Assembly: GCA_050950825.1 (NCBI GenBank)
Contig: JBMNIH010000007.1
Coordinates: 128,001-192,000 of the forward strand
DNA from: Clostridia bacterium
Lineage (GTDB): Bacteria > Bacillota > Clostridia > JAAYHZ01
Direction: 5' to 3'
DNA length: 64,000 nucleotides
Of the stretch, positions 61,253-64,000 are shown in pieces. Positions within the stretch are counted from its first letter, which is position 1; every line of letters starts with the position of its first letter. The notes under the pieces were generated by a model. That model had not been told where the DNA came from. It ran no database searches and was given only the letters and a program-made list of their open reading frames with translations. The translations under genes were made by a program, and so were the position numbers.

Positions 61253-63055
61253 ATGAAAAACAATAAGCCTACTCATTCGATTATCAGCAATGTGAAATAC
61301 TTTTTCGGACTGCAATGGTCGTACAGCAAGCTGTCGGTAGTGTTTCTTATTTTACTGATTCCTATTAATATCTCTATTTCTTTCATTAACATTTATCTGC
61401 CCAAGCTTGTGGTAAGCGAAATTATCAACCAAAGACCTTTTGAGCATATCGTCTTTTCTCTTTTGACGATAGGAATAATCCTCATTCTATTAAACATTTC
61501 GAATAAAGCCATTAGCAGCAGCAACTCTGCGCTTATGCTGAAATTCCGTTACGGTTTACTGAACAGGAAGGTAAGCAAGGCTTTTAAGACGGATTACGAA
61601 AATATAGAAGCACCTCAATTCCGATACTTAATGAGCCGAGCCGACGAGTCCCTTTGGGGGTCCGGAAAGGGCTCCATTGTAGAAAGGATGACAAGCGGAA
61701 TTACGGAGCTTATAACAAATATCTTAGGATACATATTATTCGGTTCCATTCTTTCCGTTATTAATCCGTGGATTGCCGTGGTGCTCACGTTATTTTCCTT
61801 GATACATTATTTTTCTCTTCGCCGAGTAAGGAAATTTCAACATGCAAACCGCGAAGAAATATCGAAATTGGATTATAAGCTTTGGTACATCGCTTCAAAC
61901 AGCTCCTCCTTTGAGGGAGCCGCCGATGTCCGCATTTACGGAATGAACCGGTGGTTTATCAATATGTTTAAAACGTTAACGAAGGAACGTCTCGGCTGGG
62001 ATCGAAAAATTTTATGGAGGACTTATATTACCCATATTATCGACGCATTGATCATTATTTTGCGAGACGGCTTTGCGTATGCGATTCTAATTACCAAGGT
62101 TTTGAACGGCGATTTGTCGATTGATAATTTTATATTCCATTTTGCCGCGGTAGGAAGCTTTGCACGCTTGGTGGGCGGTATTTTGGAAAAATATAACGAT
62201 ATCTATTCCGTCAGCCTTACCTCATGCGATTTACGTGATTACTTGGAATATCCGGAAAAAGAAAACCGCGGAGAAGGCGTTCAACCGCCGTCTTTGTCCG
62301 TACCATACGAAATTGAGTTACGGGATGTCTCTTATCGGTATCAAGGTGCCGAGGAAGACACCTTACGCCGCCTTTCCCTTAAGATCCGTAAAGGCGAAAA
62401 AGTGGCCATAGTAGGTTTAAACGGTGCGGGAAAAACCACGTTGGTTAAAATCATATGCGGCTTATACAACCCCACCCAAGGCAAAGTGCTCATAAACGGT
62501 ATTGAAAAGCAAAGGTTTAATATTTACGATTATTATTCGTTGTTTTCAACCGTTTTTCAAGATTATCATTTTCTTCCCGTCTCCATTGCATGTACCGTTT
62601 CCGGCAAATCGAAAGAGCAAACGGATACCGAAAGGGTTAAAAAGTGCCTTGAAGCCGCCGGGCTATGGGAAAAGGTTTCCAAGCTTGAGAAGGGAATGGA
62701 TTCGATGCTCAACAAGCAGCTGAACGCCGACGGAATCGAGTTATCGGGCGGTGAAAAGCAGAAATTGATTTTGGCTCGTGCAATTTATAAGGATGCTCCC
62801 ATTCTCATTCTTGACGAGCCGACTGCGGCACTTGATCCGATTGCGGAAAGCAATCTTTATCAAACATACAATGAGCTGTCCAAGAATAAAACATCGATTT
62901 TCATTTCTCATCGGTTGGCTTCAACCCGATTTTGCGACCGCATCATCTTCATGGAAAACGGCGAGTTTGTTGAAACGGGTACTCACGATGAGCTGATGAA
63001 AAAAGACGGAAAATACGCGGAATTATTTAAAATTCAAAGCCGGTATTACAAATAG
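61253..63055 (+). CDS. ABC exporter, fused permease/ATP-binding subunit
   Basis: TM domain; GLNGAGKTT, LSGGEKQK, LDEPTAALD, SHR. Confidence 0.95.
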   Translation: MKNNKPTHSIISNVKYFFGLQWSYSKLSVVFLILLIPINISISFINIYLPKLVVSEIINQRPFEHIVFSLLTIGIILILLNISNKAISSSNSALMLKFRYGLLNRKVSKAFKTDYENIEAPQFRYLMSRADESLWGSGKGSIVERMTSGITELITNILGYILFGSILSVINPWIAVVLTLFSLIHYFSLRRVRKFQHANREEISKLDYKLWYIASNSSSFEGAADVRIYGMNRWFINMFKTLTKERLGWDRKILWRTYITHIIDALIIILRDGFAYAILITKVLNGDLSIDNFIFHFAAVGSFARLVGGILEKYNDIYSVSLTSCDLRDYLEYPEKENRGEGVQPPSLSVPYEIELRDVSYRYQGAEEDTLRRLSLKIRKGEKVAIVGLNGAGKTTLVKIICGLYNPTQGKVLINGIEKQRFNIYDYYSLFSTVFQDYHFLPVSIACTVSGKSKEQTDTERVKKCLEAAGLWEKVSKLEKGMDSMLNKQLNADGIELSGGEKQKLILARAIYKDAPILILDEPTAALDPIAESNLYQTYNELSKNKTSIFISHRLASTRFCDRIIFMENGEFVETGTHDELMKKDGKYAELFKIQSRYYK

Positions 63056-63064
63056 ACAGGGGTG

Positions 63065-64000
63065 ATGGCGTTGTTCAAGAAATTCATCGAAAATGTTTCC
63101 CTTATAAAACGCGGTGTTAAAATGCTGTTTCAAATAGAGAAAACCTATATGATTTTGTTGATTTTAACATCGGTGATATCGGTCATCCCGAACTATATAA
63201 ACATTTATTTCATGGCAAAAATAGTCGACGAATTGGTCGAGGGGAAAAATATAAATCGCATAATCCTGTATGTGCTCGTTACCTTGATCGGAAATTTTGT
63301 GTTGTCTTTGCTTATCGGCGGATTAACGCAGCTTCGCGGTTACCGGCACAACCAATTCTTTAAAAACGAGCAAATGTTTCTTGCCGACAAGCTTTTATCC
63401 ATGGATTACAGTGATATTGAAAACAGAGAGACGAAAATGCTGTTTGAACAGATAAAAGCGGAAAGCCGTTCAGGGTATAATACCTTTTACCTATACACAT
63501 ATTTCGGATCTTTAATTACAAGCGTTTCCAATATCATCGCATCCTTTCTTCTGACGTTTAACTTGTTTTTCGCTGCCGATATCTCAATCGCCGGCAAGCT
63601 GCTTTCGGTTGCTTTTATCATCCTTACGATATGCATTAATTTTTATACGACGAAAAAGCAGAATGAATATAATTACATCATGTCGGCAAAAAACGTTATT
63701 TCCAATGCTTTTTCAAATTTTTATGACGGTTTTTACAGCGATTATAATGCCGGGAAAGACGTAAGAATCTATCAAATGGAGAATTTCGCTGCTGCCGAAC
63801 ATCAAAAACAATGCGAATATTCATATAACCTGATCATGGAGAACAGAAAAAAGACTCTTCCCTTCATTCTTACGAATAGCATTTGTAATGATGTACTCAA
63901 TCTTGTGATTTACCTATTTATAATCCGGGCTTGTGTTGCAGGAAGCGTTACCATAGGAAGCATTGCGAAATACATAACCGGTATCACGCTTTTCATCAAC
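63065..64000 (+). CDS. Second ABC exporter subunit (3'-truncated by window edge)
   Basis: Frame is open from ATG 63065 to the window end; TM helices; MDY..IE and AGKDVRIY motifs resemble the upstream paralog. Confidence 0.8.
   Translation, partial: MALFKKFIENVSLIKRGVKMLFQIEKTYMILLILTSVISVIPNYINIYFMAKIVDELVEGKNINRIILYVLVTLIGNFVLSLLIGGLTQLRGYRHNQFFKNEQMFLADKLLSMDYSDIENRETKMLFEQIKAESRSGYNTFYLYTYFGSLITSVSNIIASFLLTFNLFFAADISIAGKLLSVAFIILTICINFYTTKKQNEYNYIMSAKNVISNAFSNFYDGFYSDYNAGKDVRIYQMENFAAAEHQKQCEYSYNLIMENRKKTLPFILTNSICNDVLNLVIYLFIIRACVAGSVTIGSIAKYITGITLFIN

Noticed and set aside
54569-64000. Genomic island integrated at tRNA-Leu
   Set aside because: No integrase and no duplicated tRNA 3' end seen in the window; the tRNA keeps its own terminator

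Overview
Chromosomal segment of an anaerobic, probably spore-forming Clostridia-class bacterium. The extended L17, L22 and L23 proteins, large SRP RNA, NfnAB and Rex/LexA-type boxes point to an Acetivibrio/Ruminiclostridium-like lineage (inference). Left half: 3' part of metG, two ceramidase-like hydrolases, two tandem membrane-anchored paralogs, cyclophilin/heparinase-like/aldo-keto reductase genes, a LexA-boxed mrfA-mrfB repair operon extended by a DUF2161-GNAT fusion, dnaX, SRP RNA, galU, purC, ddh, ttcA, hom and map. Middle: a ~2.06-kb IS30-family element with a 13-14 bp target duplication, a Rex-boxed nfnAB, then murB and rapZ. Right half: the complete S10-spc-alpha ribosomal superoperon (rpsJ carries a +1 frameshift and map is missing from its usual position), followed by accessory genes. 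Five tRNA genes are present. The most notable unexplained signal is a tandem pair of ~137-nt putative small RNAs between SRP RNA and galU. Each has its own extended -10 promoter, an anti-Shine-Dalgarno/anti-AUG tract and a large-loop terminator. No CRISPR array, rRNA or prophage was seen.
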